The notes beneath the pieces were generated by a model, which ran no database searches, was not told the DNA's origin, and was given only the letters and a program-made list of their open reading frames with translations. A program made the translations under genes and the position numbers. Source: Eledone cirrhosa (taxonomy: Eukaryota). Taken from it: 64,000 bases of DNA. The stretch is from contig OZ024755.1 of assembly GCA_964016885.1 (NCBI GenBank), forward strand, positions 40,486,001-40,550,000, in the 5' to 3' direction. Below are positions 13,644 through 30,555 of this stretch, one piece after another (positions within the stretch are counted from its first letter, which is position 1; each line of letters opens with the position of its first letter).

Positions 13644-13685
13644 ACCACTGACGATGTTGCAGATGTACAACGAAAGAACTTTGAT
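13644..13685 (+). ncRNA. Hammerhead-like motif H7 (relative of H1); copies at ~21645-21686 (+) and ~23458-23500 (-)
   Basis: CTGACGA-t-gttg..caac-GAAA-gaac-TT-tga with short stem I. The host island ends in ccctccccaagtataacaat, like the H1 islands. Confidence 0.6.
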
Positions 13686-13937
13686 AAACTATATATATGT
13701 GTTTGTGTCTATATTGTATCTGTATTATGACAACATTGAGGACCGAATATATTAGATTACCGATATAAAAGACACAGAAGCGAAAAGCGAAAACACACCA
13801 AACAGTGAGTGTGTTCTGTTATTAATTCTGGCAATATTACACAAATATGGCCCTCCCCAAGTATAACAATATATATATATATATGTATATATGTATATAT
13901 GTATATATATATATGTATATATATATATGTATATATG

Positions 13938-13968
<31 letters not shown>

Positions 13969-14505
13969 GTATATATGTATATATATATATGTATATATAT
14001 ATATGTATATATGTATATATATATATATGTATATATATATATGTATATATATATATGTATATATATATATGTATATATATATATGTATATATATATATAT
14101 GTATATATATATATGTATATATATATATGTATATATATATATGTATATATATATATATGTATATATATATATGTATATATATATATATGTATATATATAT
14201 ATGTATATATATATATATGTATATATATATATGTATATATATATATGTATATATATATATGTATATATATATATGTATGTATGTATATATATGTATATAT
14301 ATATATGTATGTATATATATATATGTATATATATATATGTATATATATATATGTATATATATATATGTATATATATATATGTATATATATATATATGTAT
14401 ATATATATGTATATATATATATGTATATATATATATGTATATATATATATATGTATATATATATATGTATATATATATATGTATATATATATATATGTAT
14501 GTATA

Positions 14506-14539
<34 letters not shown>

Positions 14540-14554
14540 CATATATATATATAC

Positions 14555-14585
<31 letters not shown>

Positions 14586-14592
14586 CATATAC

Positions 14593-14647
<55 letters not shown>

Positions 14648-14772
14648 CATATATATATATACATATATATATATACATATATATATATACATATATATAT
14701 ATACATATATATATATACATATATATATACATATATATATATACATATATATATATACATATATATATATAC

Positions 14773-14869
<97 letters not shown>

Positions 14870-14884
14870 CATATATATATATAC

Positions 14885-14933
<49 letters not shown>

Positions 14934-15145
14934 CATATATATATATACATATATACATATATATATATGTATATATATATATGTATATATATATATGTAT
15001 ATATGTATATGTATATATGTATATGTATATATGTATATATATATATGTATATATATATATGTATATATATATGTATATATATATGGATATATATATATGT
15101 ATGTATATATATATATGTATATATATATATGTATATATATATATG

Positions 15146-15236
<91 letters not shown>

Positions 15237-15253
15237 GTATATGTATATATATG

Positions 15254-15300
<47 letters not shown>

Positions 15301-15317
15301 GTATATGTATATATATG

Positions 15318-15348
<31 letters not shown>

Positions 15349-15357
15349 GTATATATG

Positions 15358-15388
<31 letters not shown>

Positions 15389-15431
15389 GTATATATATAT
15401 ATGTATATATATATATGTATATATATATATG

Positions 15432-15526
<95 letters not shown>

Positions 15527-15547
15527 GTATGTATATATATATATATG

Positions 15548-15579
<32 letters not shown>

Positions 15580-15583
15580 TGTG

Positions 15584-15617
<34 letters not shown>

Positions 15618-15650
15618 TGCATATATATGTATATATATATATATATATAT

Positions 15651-15768
15651 AAGCGCGTGTGGCTGAGTAGTTAGGGAATTGGATTCGCAATCGTAAGGTT
15701 GTGAGTTCGATTCCTGGACCAGGCGATGCGTTATGTCTTTGAGCAAGACACTTTATTTCACGTTGCTC
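15651..15768 (+). mobile_element. 3'-truncated tRNA-derived SINE of a second family; duplicate at 17337-17454
   Basis: A-box tggctgagtagt, B-box gagttcgattcc, then tgtctttgagcaagacacttt (V-domain-like). Confidence 0.7.
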
Positions 15769-15769
15769 C

Positions 15770-15869
15770 TTCTACCTGGTGTTGCGACCGATAGATAGTA
15801 TTAGCAAGTGGAAAGACCAACGGAAACATTGTTCCCTCGGTCCGTTTTGACGAAAGTCGATCGTTCCTG
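15770..15869. repeat. ~100-bp structured dispersed repeat; also at 17456-17555 and 46719-46817
   Basis: All copies begin ttctacctgg and end gatcgttcc-(TA)n. Internal stems gaccga/tcggtc and ttgac-gaaa-gtcga. Confidence 0.75.
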
Positions 15870-15924
15870 TATATATATATATATATATATATACATATAT
15901 ATACATATATATATATATATTTAC

Positions 15925-15965
<41 letters not shown>

Positions 15966-16421
15966 CACATATATATATATACATATATATATATACATAT
16001 ATATATATACATATATATATATACATATATATATATACATACATATATATATACATATATATATATACATATATATATACATATATATATATACATATAT
16101 ATATATATACATATATATATATACATATATATATATACATATATATATATACATATATATATATACATATATATATATACATATATATATATACATATAT
16201 ATATATACATATATACATATATATATATACATATATATATATACATATATACATATATATATATGTATATATATATATGTATATATATATATGTATATAT
16301 ATGTATATATGTATATATATATATGTATATATATATATGTATATATATATGTATATATATATATGTATATATATATATGTATATATATATATGTATATAT
16401 ATATATGTATATATATATATG

Positions 16422-16470
<49 letters not shown>

Positions 16471-16471
16471 G

Positions 16472-16522
<51 letters not shown>

Positions 16523-16811
16523 GTATATATATATGTATATATATATATGTATATATATATATGTATATATATATATATGTATGTATATATATATATGTAT
16601 ATATATATATGTATATATATATATGTATATATGTATATATATATATGTATATATATATATGTATATATATATATGTATATATATATATGTATATATATAT
16701 ATGTATATATATATATGTATATATATATATGTATATATATATATGTGTATATATATATATGTGTATATATATATATGTGTATATATATATATGTGTATAT
16801 ATATATATGTG

Positions 16812-16846
<35 letters not shown>

Positions 16847-16907
16847 GTATATATATATATATGTATATATATATATGTATATATATATATATGTATATAT
16901 ATATATG

Positions 16908-16938
<31 letters not shown>

Positions 16939-16953
16939 GTATATATATATATG

Positions 16954-17027
<74 letters not shown>

Positions 17028-17039
17028 TGTATATATATG

Positions 17040-17070
<31 letters not shown>

Positions 17071-17133
17071 GTATATATATATATATGTATATATATGTAT
17101 ATATATATATATATATGTATATATATGTATATG

Positions 17134-17164
<31 letters not shown>

Positions 17165-17165
17165 G

Positions 17166-17260
<95 letters not shown>

Positions 17261-17555
17261 GTATATATATATATGTATATATGTATATATATGTATATAT
17301 ATATATGCATATATATGTATATATATATATATATATAAGCGCGTGTGGCTGAGTAGTTAGGGAATTGGATTCGCAATCGTAAGGTTGTGAGTTCGATTCC
17401 TGGACCAGGCGATGCGTTATGTCTTTGAGCAAGACACTTTATTTCACGTTGCTCCTTCTACCTGGTGTTGCGACCGATAGATAGTATTAGCAAGTGGAAA
17501 GACCAACGGAAACATTGTTCCCTCGGTCCGTTTTGACGAAAGTCGATCGTTCCCG

Positions 17556-17614
<59 letters not shown>

Positions 17615-17778
17615 TTACATATATATATATATATATACAAATATATATATATATATATATATATATTTACATATATATATATATATATATACAAATATAT
17701 ATATATATATATATTTACATATATATATATATATATTTACATATATATATATATATATTTACATATATATATATATAT

Positions 17779-17815
<37 letters not shown>

Positions 17816-17954
17816 CATATATATATATATTTACATATATATATATATATATATACAAATATATATATATATATATATTTACATATATATATATATTTAC
17901 ATATATATATATACAAATATATATATATATATTTACATATATATATATATATAT

Positions 17955-18002
<48 letters not shown>

Positions 18003-18003
<1 letters not shown>

Positions 18004-19411
18004 AACAATTAAGTTAAAAATGTACATCTACATATGCATACTGAAATACTAGTATGCATATGAATACACACACGTATACATATGTAGATGTACCAAGTCT
18101 TTCACTGGTTACTTTACTGTGAGCAACCCAGCTATTCTGTATGTAAACACACAGACAAACCGGTTTTTAGAGTCATACTGGTTTTCGAGGAAACGCCTTT
18201 CCTCTATTCTCCAGAAAGCCAGACAAGGAATATTGAACTAGTTTCGTTGTTGTTACAACTCATCAGCAATATTTACCTATCTACCGGCCTTTCTGGAGAA
18301 TCGTAAAAGCACATATCGTTATATGCTTTTTCTATGAAAATTAGTAGTGGGCAGACCAATTTGCATAGATTGTGAGTACGCACCGGTTCAGCGGAGACGA
18401 TAAAAACAAATAACGAAACGAAATTAAATTTCGCTTCGTTTGTAACTCACTTTTGTATGACTGACGCTTAAACAATTAAGTTAAAAATGTACATCTACAT
18501 ATGCATACTGAAATACTAGTATGCATATGAATACACACACGTATACATATGTAGATGTACCAAGTCTTTCACTGGTTACTTTACTGTGAGCAACCCAGCT
18601 ATTCTGTATGTAAACACACAGACAAACCGGTTTTTAGAGTCATACTGGTTTTCGAGGAAACGCCTTTCCTCTATTCTCCAGAAAGCCAGACAAGGAATAT
18701 TGAACTAGTTTCGTTGTTGTTACAACGCATCAGCAATATTTACCTATCTACCGGCCTTTCTGGAGAATCGAAAAAGCACATATCGTTATATGCTTTTCAG
18801 TCATACAAAAGTGAGTTACAAACGAAGCGAAATTTAATTTCGTTTCGTTATTTGTTTTTATCGTCTCCGCTGAACCGGTGCGTCAGTCATACAAAAGTGA
18901 GTTACAAACGAAGCGAAATTTAATTTCGTTTCGTTATTTGTTTTTATCGTCTCCGCTGAACCGGTGCGTACTCACAATCTATGCAAATTGGTCTGCCCAC
19001 TACTAATTTTCATAGAAAAAGCATATAACGATATGTGCTTTTACGATTCTCCAGAAAGGCCGGTAGATAGGTAAATATTGCTGATGAGTTGTAACAACAA
19101 CGAAACTAGTTCAATATTCCTTGTCTGGCTTTCTGGAGAATAGAGGAAAGGCGTTTCCTCGAAAACCAGTATGACTCTAAAAACCGGTTTGTCTGTGTGT
19201 TTACATACAGAATAGCTGGGTTGCTCACAGTAAAGTAACCAGTGAAAGACTTGGTACATCTACATATGTATACGTGTGTGTATTCATATGCATACTAGTA
19301 TTTCAGTATGCATATGTAGATGTACATTTTTAACTTAATTGTTTAAGCGTCAGTCATACAAAAGTGAGTTACAAACGAAGCGAAATTTAATTTCGTTTCG
19401 TTATTTGTTTT

Positions 19412-19412
<1 letters not shown>
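18003..19412. mobile_element. ORF-less ~467-bp tandem HHR repeat (candidate non-LTR retrozyme), 1.7 units plus 1.2 inverted units
   Basis: Units start at 18003 and 18470, and the array is inverted from ~18797. HHR H8 at 18229-18273 (-), 18696-18740 (-, core mutated to CTGATGC) and 19074-19118 (+). Confidence 0.8.
19074..19118 (+). ncRNA. Hammerhead ribozyme family H8
   Basis: aatattg CTGATGA gttg-taacaa-caac GAAA ctag TT caatatt. Perfect 7-bp stem I, palindromic ACUAGU stem III. Confidence 0.9.
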
Positions 19413-20521
<1,109 letters not shown>

Positions 20522-20715
20522 ATTAAATAAATGGAAACTATATTTATAAAACCATATTTATTTCGTTATATATAAATATAGTTTCCATTTATTTAATATC
20601 ATAAATATACTCCAAATACTTGTTGAGTGCTTTTATATCAGTTATAAATATTTACTCGTTGTTAACCCAACAATTTAAATATAACTTTCCATATATATAT
20701 ATATATATATATATA

Positions 20716-20910
20716 TAGGAACGAGTAGGACCCCGACGGCTGAGCTCAAGCCGTTTCGACGGCTAATTGAATCCAGAATTAGCCGTCGAAAAGGCTTGAG
20801 CTCAGCCGTCGGGGTCCTACTCGTTCCTATTACCCACTCTACTACCCTAAGTATTGAGTACTTTGGTGCGTTATGGTCCACCTGGTTCCTTACCACATTT
20901 CCTTCGTTAT
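20716..20910 (+). mobile_element. Palindromic, truncated 3' end of a Naiad-1-related pLTR; duplicate at 25095-25290
   Basis: Homologous to 51266-51400. Inverted arms meet at ~20770, inside HHR H9 stem II. Confidence 0.85.
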
Positions 20911-20984
20911 ATACATATATATATATATAGAGAGAGATAGATAGATAAATATACACGGGTGTGTATGATTGTGTATAGAAGATT

Positions 20985-21165
20985 ATATTAATAAGAGGAA
21001 TTCCAACTTTGTCTGATTTACTCGTTTTATTTACAATCCCTTAAAATTTATAATGGTATTATAATGAAATAATAGTACTGTTTCATTATAATACCATTAT
21101 AAATTTTAAAAGATTGTAAATAAAACGAGTAAATCAGACAAAGTTGGAATTCCTCTTATTAATAT
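20985..21165. repeat. Near-perfect ~180-bp palindrome (end of the H11 family); duplicate at 25365-25545
   Basis: attaataagaggaattccaac...gttggaattcctcttattaat. The same arm starts the island at 28898. Confidence 0.85.
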
Positions 21166-21212
21166 ATATATAATATAATATAAAATCAAAAGATGGTTAA
21201 AAGAGTACCATG

Positions 21213-21283
21213 TATTTTATTATGCGCATTTCAAAAACAAATATCATCATGGGATGATATTTGCGTTCTCATCAGATAAAATA
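21213..21283 (-). ncRNA. Hammerhead ribozyme family H5, second copy
   Basis: Same fold as 12860-12930. Confidence 0.88.
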
Positions 21284-21754
21284 GGGAGACATGATATGAA
21301 ACTTAAAAAACACTTGCGAGCATTGAAGTGTTAAATCAACATATGAAAAATAAAATAAGATGGATATATGAGATTGGAAAAAAGGAAAGGAAGGGGGAAA
21401 GAAAAGATAAGGAAGAGGAAGAAAAATATCATATATATATATATATATATGTGTGTGTGTCTATATATATATATATCAGTGTCTATATATATATATATCA
21501 GTGTCCATCTCTATATATATATAATTCTTTGTCTGCCTGTCTGCAAAAAGACAAAATAAAATGAACAAATAAATAAATAAATATATAAACAGACTAAATA
21601 AAGATGGCGTAGAAAATACAATGTAACGGGAGGAAACAATAGCACCACTGACGATGTTGCAGATGTACAACGAAAGAACTTTGATAAACTATATATATGT
21701 GTTTGTGTCTATATTGAATCTGTATTATTTCTGACAGTCAATGACAACATTGAG

Positions 21755-23208
21755 GACTACCCAAGTAAACACCCCAACCATCGATTACCTGTACGAGACA
21801 CAGAGCTCTGGTTAGATACCATTAATAACAAAAAACAAATCCTCCATTCCCATTATGCCAAACCCATGACTTCCAAACATCTGATCCACCGAAACTCGGC
21901 CGTTTCGGACCATACCAAAATCAACATACTGATTGCGGATTTGGTACGGGTGATGAGAAACGTGTCCCGCATGTGCAACCCCGAAGAACTAGAGAGACAC
22001 ATACAACACTTCATCCACCGTATGCAGTTATCTGGCTACAATCAGAGAGATAAAATCAGAGTGTATAGAGGAGCCAGAACCAAATGGGAAAAAATGGTAA
22101 ATAATGACATAAATGGGACCTGCCCCTAGTATAGGAGCAAATTTTGGAATAGAATAGAAAGAACTAGGAACAAGGCTAATAGAATAAACTCATGGTATGA
22201 TAGCAATAAATACCAGAGTGTAATGTTCATCGATACAACCCCTAGAGGTGAATTAGCTTACAAATTTAGAAGGGCCCTAGATAAACATAAACTCAATATT
22301 AAGATAGTAGAAAGACCAGGTACCTCCGTAAAAACACTTATTAGCAAGACATACCCTTTTCAAAGACCCTCATGTATAGATAAGAAATGTATAACCTGTA
22401 AAATAATCCCCCATATTAACTGTAAAACTAGAAATGTAGTGTATAGCATAAGATGTACTGAATGACAATGTAGAGACAAAAATATAGTGTACATAGGTGA
22501 GACAGCTCGTAGTGTAGGGGAACGGATAAATGAACACTGGCGAGACCTTCAAGATAGTAAAGAATCATCTGTACTCTACCAACATGCTAAAATAGAACAC
22601 AAGGGTAAATTAGAGAACAGAAATAAAAATAGAATCTACACACAGAAAAGACGCAATGTTTAGACAAATCACAGAGGCAATAAACATAAAAGAATTACAA
22701 CCAAAATTAAATAGAAAATATGAGTGGAACAGCAACATCACAACTTACAATTAAGGACAAAATGGAAACACACACACACATAGAAAAAACAACCAACCAG
22801 TAACATGTAAATAGACAAATAAATAAATGAACATAAACACACACAGACACCCGGATGTGGCGCATGCGCAGACTGAGCGCATGACACACACACAGAAACA
22901 AAATGGCGTAGGACAGAACAAAGGAGAGGCACAAAAACAAAGAAAGGAATCCCCAGTCACTGAAGAGGTCACAGAGTGTGTGACGAAAAAACTATGACAT
23001 TATATAAACAACTATCTGTTTGTGGAACCAACCAACCAACCAGAAACTTATAAATTTATGAATTTATTATAAATTTATTATAATAAATTGAAGTGAAAGC
23101 AACTGGTGCGTGTGTTTCTTATTGGCAACATGACCCTCCCAAAGTATAACAATATCGGTTTCAACACACGATTTCAGATAAAGAATCTTGCTAAACAAAT
23201 TCAGAAAC

Positions 23209-23210
<2 letters not shown>
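21755..23210 (+). mobile_element. 5'-truncated Penelope-like element: RT thumb plus GIY-YIG endonuclease pseudo-ORF (21755-~22750) and HHR-bearing 3' repeat
   Basis: DYPS..P..RLPV.D..LW, HYAKPM.S, SGY, CKTRNVVYSIRC...YIGETARSVGERINEH. Stops at ~22127 and ~22463. H1 HHR at 22955-22998. Ends in (TA)n. Not Naiad-like; possibly Nematis-like (uncertain). Confidence 0.85.
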
Positions 23211-23265
<55 letters not shown>

Positions 23266-23669
23266 ATACTTGGGGAGGGCCATATTTGTGTAATATTGCC
23301 AGAATTAATAACAGAACACACTCACTGTTTGGTGTGTTTTCGCTTTTCGCTTCTGTGTCTTTTATATCGGTAATCTAATATATTCGGTCCTCAATGTTGT
23401 CATTGACTGTCAGAAATAATACAGATACAATATAGACACAAACACATATATATAGTTTATCAAAGTTCTTTCGTTGTACATCTGCAACATCGTCAGTGGT
23501 GCTATTGTTTCCCCCCGTTACATTGTATTTTCTACGCCATCTTTATTTAGTCTGTTTATATATTTATTTATTTATTTGTTCATTTTATTTTTGTCTTCTT
23601 TGCAGACAGACAGACAAAGAATTTTATATATATAGAGATGGACACTGACATATATATATATAGACACTG

Positions 23670-23704
<35 letters not shown>

Positions 23705-23812
23705 ATATTTTTCTTCCTTTTCCTTATATTTTCTTTCCTCCTTCCTTTCCTTTTTTCCAATCTCATATATCCATCTTATTTTATTTTTCATATGTTGATT
23801 TAACACTTCAGT

Positions 23813-25020
23813 GCGTACATACCGTAATTATATCTCTACCATGGTTTCATCCTTATTTTTAGACATCCAAATAATAGGAATGTCCTGAGACAAACTCAAA
23901 ATCAGACATCTAGTTTTTCAATCCGATCCCACCAAAAATAGATTCAAAAATGGCTAAGAATCGCTATGTGGCTGTGGTCAAGCCAGAAAGAATGTGATTG
24001 GTTGCTTACGGCGGGTAGGCTTGCTGCTAGAAAGCGCAGCCAAATATCGCCAAATTTAATCTCAACCTATCGGGAGATTATTAAATTGCAACATGTATAT
24101 ATCTATAACTTTATGTATATGTTAACCTATATATTTAATAATCTCCAGGTATGCATTTCTTCTAAGTTTAATTTTACACCTAATTATGTATGGTTGATGA
24201 TATATTTAGTCAGTTTCAATGGCTAAAAATCGCTATGTAGCTGTGTTCCATGCTCTGATCTTTTGATTTTAATTTATTAATTCTTCATATAGCTTAAAAG
24301 TGAACAGTTGCAACATATATATATCTTTAATTTTGTGTATATGATAACCTTTATATTTAATAATCTCCCAGTTGGTTGAAATTAAATTTGGCGATATATG
24401 GCTGCACTTTCTAGCAGCAAGCCTACCCGCCGTAAGCAACCAATCACACTCTTTCTCTCTGGCTGGAACACAGCTACATAGCGATTTTTAGCCATTTTTT
24501 AATCTAAATTTGGCGGGATCCGATTGAAAAACTAAATGTCTGATTTTGAGTTTATCCCCTGATGAAACTAACTCTGGAAATTCAAATTATTTGGCTATCC
24601 TAAATAAAGAAGAAACCATGGTAGGGATATAATTACGGTATGTGCACATTTCTTCTAAGTTTAATTTTACTACTAATTGTGTGTGGTTGATGATATATTT
24701 GGTCGAAGTCTGCATGCTGTCGAAATGTTCGATAAATAATGGAACGGGGCTGCCGCGAAGAGGCTACGATCGATTGTTTGTCAGAGATTTCCCCATAAGA
24801 AAATTTATTCTTAAAGCTTGCTAGATTTGATTTTGTATATGGTTAATTATGCTAATTAGAAGAAGAAATAGTATATATTTTAATATGTGATGATTCAAAA
24901 GACATGATTTATGATATAATGCGCTGATCTTTTGATTTTAATTTATTAATTCTTCATAGAGCTTAAAAGTGAACAGTTGCAACATATATATATCTTTAAT
25001 TTTATGTATATGATAACCTT

Positions 25021-25022
<2 letters not shown>
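23813..25022. mobile_element. ORF-less ~669-bp tandem HHR repeat, locus 1 (scrambled inverted 5' part plus 1.15 units)
   Basis: ctgatcttttgatttt recurs at 24255 and 24924. HHR H10 at 24553-24629 (+). Confidence 0.7.
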
Positions 25023-25098
<76 letters not shown>

Positions 25099-25567
25099 AA
25101 CGAGTAGGACCCCGACGGCTGAGCTCAAGCCGTCTCGACGGCTAATTGAATCCAGAATTAGCCGTCGAAACCGCTTGAGCTCAGCCGTCGGGGTCCTACT
25201 CGTTCCTATTACCCACTCTACTACCCTAAGTATTGAGTACTTTGGTGCGTTATGGTCCACCTGGTTCCTTACCACATTTCCTTCGTTATATACATATATA
25301 TATAGAGAGAGAGAGAGATAGATAGATAAATATACACGGGTGTGTATGATTGTGTATAGAAGATTATATTAATAAGAGGAATTCCAACTTTGTCTGATTT
25401 ACTCGTTTTATTTACAATCCTTTAAAATTTATAATGGTATTATAATGAAATAATAGTACTATTTCATTATAATACCATTATAAATTTTAAAGGATTGTAA
25501 ATAAAACGAGTAAATCAGACAAAGTTGGAATTCCTCTTATTAATATATATATATATATATATATATA

Positions 25568-27326
<1,759 letters not shown>

Positions 27327-27329
27327 CAT

Positions 27330-27374
<45 letters not shown>

Positions 27375-27407
27375 TATATACATATATATATATATACATA
27401 TATATAT

Positions 27408-27958
<551 letters not shown>

Positions 27959-28007
27959 ATATATATATGTATGTATGTATGTATATATATATATGTATGT
28001 ATGTATG

Positions 28008-28041
<34 letters not shown>

Positions 28042-28179
28042 TGTATGTATGTATGTATGTATGTATGTATGTATGTATATATATATATATGTATGTATGC
28101 ATATATATATATATATATGTATGTATGTATATATATATATATGTATGTATGTATGTATGTATATATATATATATATATG

Positions 28180-28229
<50 letters not shown>

Positions 28230-28332
28230 CATATTGTTATACTTTGGGATGGTCATGTATAACAAAGTATAACAATATCGGTTTCAACACACGTTTTCAG
28301 ATAAAGAATCTTGCTAAACAAATTCAGAAACG

Positions 28333-28389
<57 letters not shown>

Positions 28390-28397
28390 CATATGTA

Positions 28398-28854
28398 TAA
28401 CAAGCAAATTATAAATGTAAACATGTAAGTATGTTTTTGAAACGGTGCGCGAGTTTGAAAATTAAAAATTAGAAATTATAAGCTTTCACCGTATTTTAGA
28501 CTAAAGAAATTTCTAGCCTGATAGTGGGGTTTATAACCCTCGGAGAAATGGAAAAAGATGAGTGTTGCCGTACATGGGAGTCGAACCCACATCTTTGGTT
28601 ATCCAGACCAATTTGCTACCATTACACCAATACACATCCCGTCTCCTTCCATTCGAATTAGAAGATGTGGGTTCGACTCCCATGTACAGCAACACTCATC
28701 TTTTTCCATTTCTCCGAGGGTTATAAACCCCACTATCAGGCTAGAAATTTCTTTAGTCTAAAATACGGTGAAAGCTTATAATTTCTAATTTCTAATTTTC
28801 AAACTCGCGCACCGTTTCAAAAACATACTTACATGTTTACATTTATAATTTGCT

Positions 28855-28856
<2 letters not shown>
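28398..28856. mobile_element. Palindromic insertion in (TA)n containing a tRNA-like head (28567-28637, minus)
   Basis: Arms 28400-28594 and 28663-28856. Minus strand reads tggtgtaatggtagca...ttggt-ctggata-accaa...gtggg-ttcgact-cccat, with an imperfect acceptor stem. Confidence 0.7.
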
Positions 28857-28902
<46 letters not shown>

Positions 28903-29014
28903 TAAGAGGAATTCCAACTTTGTCTGATTTACTCGTTTTATTTACAATCCTTTAAAATTTATAATGGTATTATAATGAAATAGTATGATAGAATATTAAA
29001 TTCTAAATGATAAT

Positions 29015-29053
29015 TGAACAAGTACTTTCATGCTTTCGCAATCTTCAGGTTCA
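29015..29053 (-). ncRNA. Minimal hammerhead ribozyme family H11
   Basis: Minus strand reads tgaac CTGAAGA t-tgc-gaaa-gca-t GAAA gtac TT gttca. Palindromic AGUACU stem III. Confidence 0.8.
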
Positions 29054-29122
29054 TAATATGTGGTGACAGTCAAGTTTGCAATTTTCAACTATATACATAT
29101 ATATATATAAACATATATATAT

Positions 29123-29303
<181 letters not shown>

Positions 29304-29304
29304 C

Positions 29305-29423
<119 letters not shown>

Positions 29424-29430
29424 CATATAA

Positions 29431-29490
<60 letters not shown>

Positions 29491-29496
<6 letters not shown>

Positions 29497-30515
29497 GTTC
29501 AAGATGTACATCCATATATGTATACTGAAATACTAGTATGTATATGAATACACACACGTATACATATGTAGATGTACCAAGTTTTTTTTCACTGATCACT
29601 TTACTGTGAGTGGCCAGCTATTCTGTATGTAAACACACAGACAAACCGGTTTTTAGAGTCATACTGGTTTTTGAGGAAACACCTTTCCTCTATTCTCCAG
29701 AAAGCCAGACAAGGAATATTGAACTAGTTTCGTTGTTGTTACAACTCATCAGCAATATTTACCTATCTTCCGGCCTCTCTAGAGAATCGTAAAAGCACAT
29801 ATTGCTATATGCTTTTTCTATGAAAATTAATAGTGGGCAGACCAACTTGCATAGAGTGTGAGTAAGTACCGGTTCAACGGAGACGATAAAAACAAATAAC
29901 GAAACGAAATTAAATTTCGTTTCGTTTGTAACTCACTTTTGTATGACTGACGCTCAAACAATTAAGTCAAAGATGTACATCCATATATGTATACTGAAAT
30001 ACTAGTATGTATATGAATACACACACGTATACATATGTAGATGTACCAAGTTTTTTTTTCACTGATCACTTTACTGTGAGTGGCCAGCTATTCTGTATGT
30101 AAACACACAGACAAACCGGTTTTTAGAGTCATACTGATATGTGCTTTTACGATTCTCTAGAGAGGCCGGAAGATAGGTAAATATTGCTGATGAGTTGTAA
30201 CAACAACGAAACTAGTTCAATATTCCTTGTCTGGCTTTCTGGAGAATAGAGGAAAGGTGTTTCCTCAAAAACCAGTATGACTCTAAAAACCGGTTTGTCT
30301 GTGTGTTTACATACAGAATAGCTGGCCACTCACAGTAAAGTGATCAGTGAAAAAAAACTTGGTACATCTACATATGTATACGTGTGTGTATTCATATACA
30401 TACTAGTATTTCAGTATACATATATGGATGTACATCTTTGACTTAATTGTTTGAGCGTCAGTCATACAAAAGTGAGTTACAAACGAAACGAAATTTAATT
30501 TCGTTTCGTTATTTG

Positions 30516-30520
<5 letters not shown>
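29491..30520. mobile_element. Second locus of the ~468-bp tandem HHR repeat (1.4 units plus an inverted part)
   Basis: aattaag unit starts at 29491 and 29960. H8 at 29715-29759 (-) and 30180-30224 (+). Differs from the 18-kb locus by many substitutions, but the HHR is unchanged. Confidence 0.8.

Positions 30521-30555
<35 letters not shown>

Larger units (their letters stand above)
13869..18002. repeat. Very long interrupted (TA)n microsatellite region with blocks of opposite polarity
   Basis: (TA)n-TG blocks alternate with (TA)n-CA blocks, with switches near 14510, 14965 and 16258. Interrupted by the duplicated islands at 15651 and 17337. Confidence 0.95.

Noticed and set aside
18088-18923. 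Repeated 60-120 aa ORFs (MYQVFHW...) in the 467-bp unit
   Set aside because: They are antisense to the ribozyme, the start is not conserved at the 29.6-kb locus, and there is no domain similarity.
28567-28637. Functional tRNA gene
   Set aside because: The acceptor stem is poorly paired, the GGA anticodon lacks a Ser-type long variable arm, and it is embedded in a palindromic repeat.
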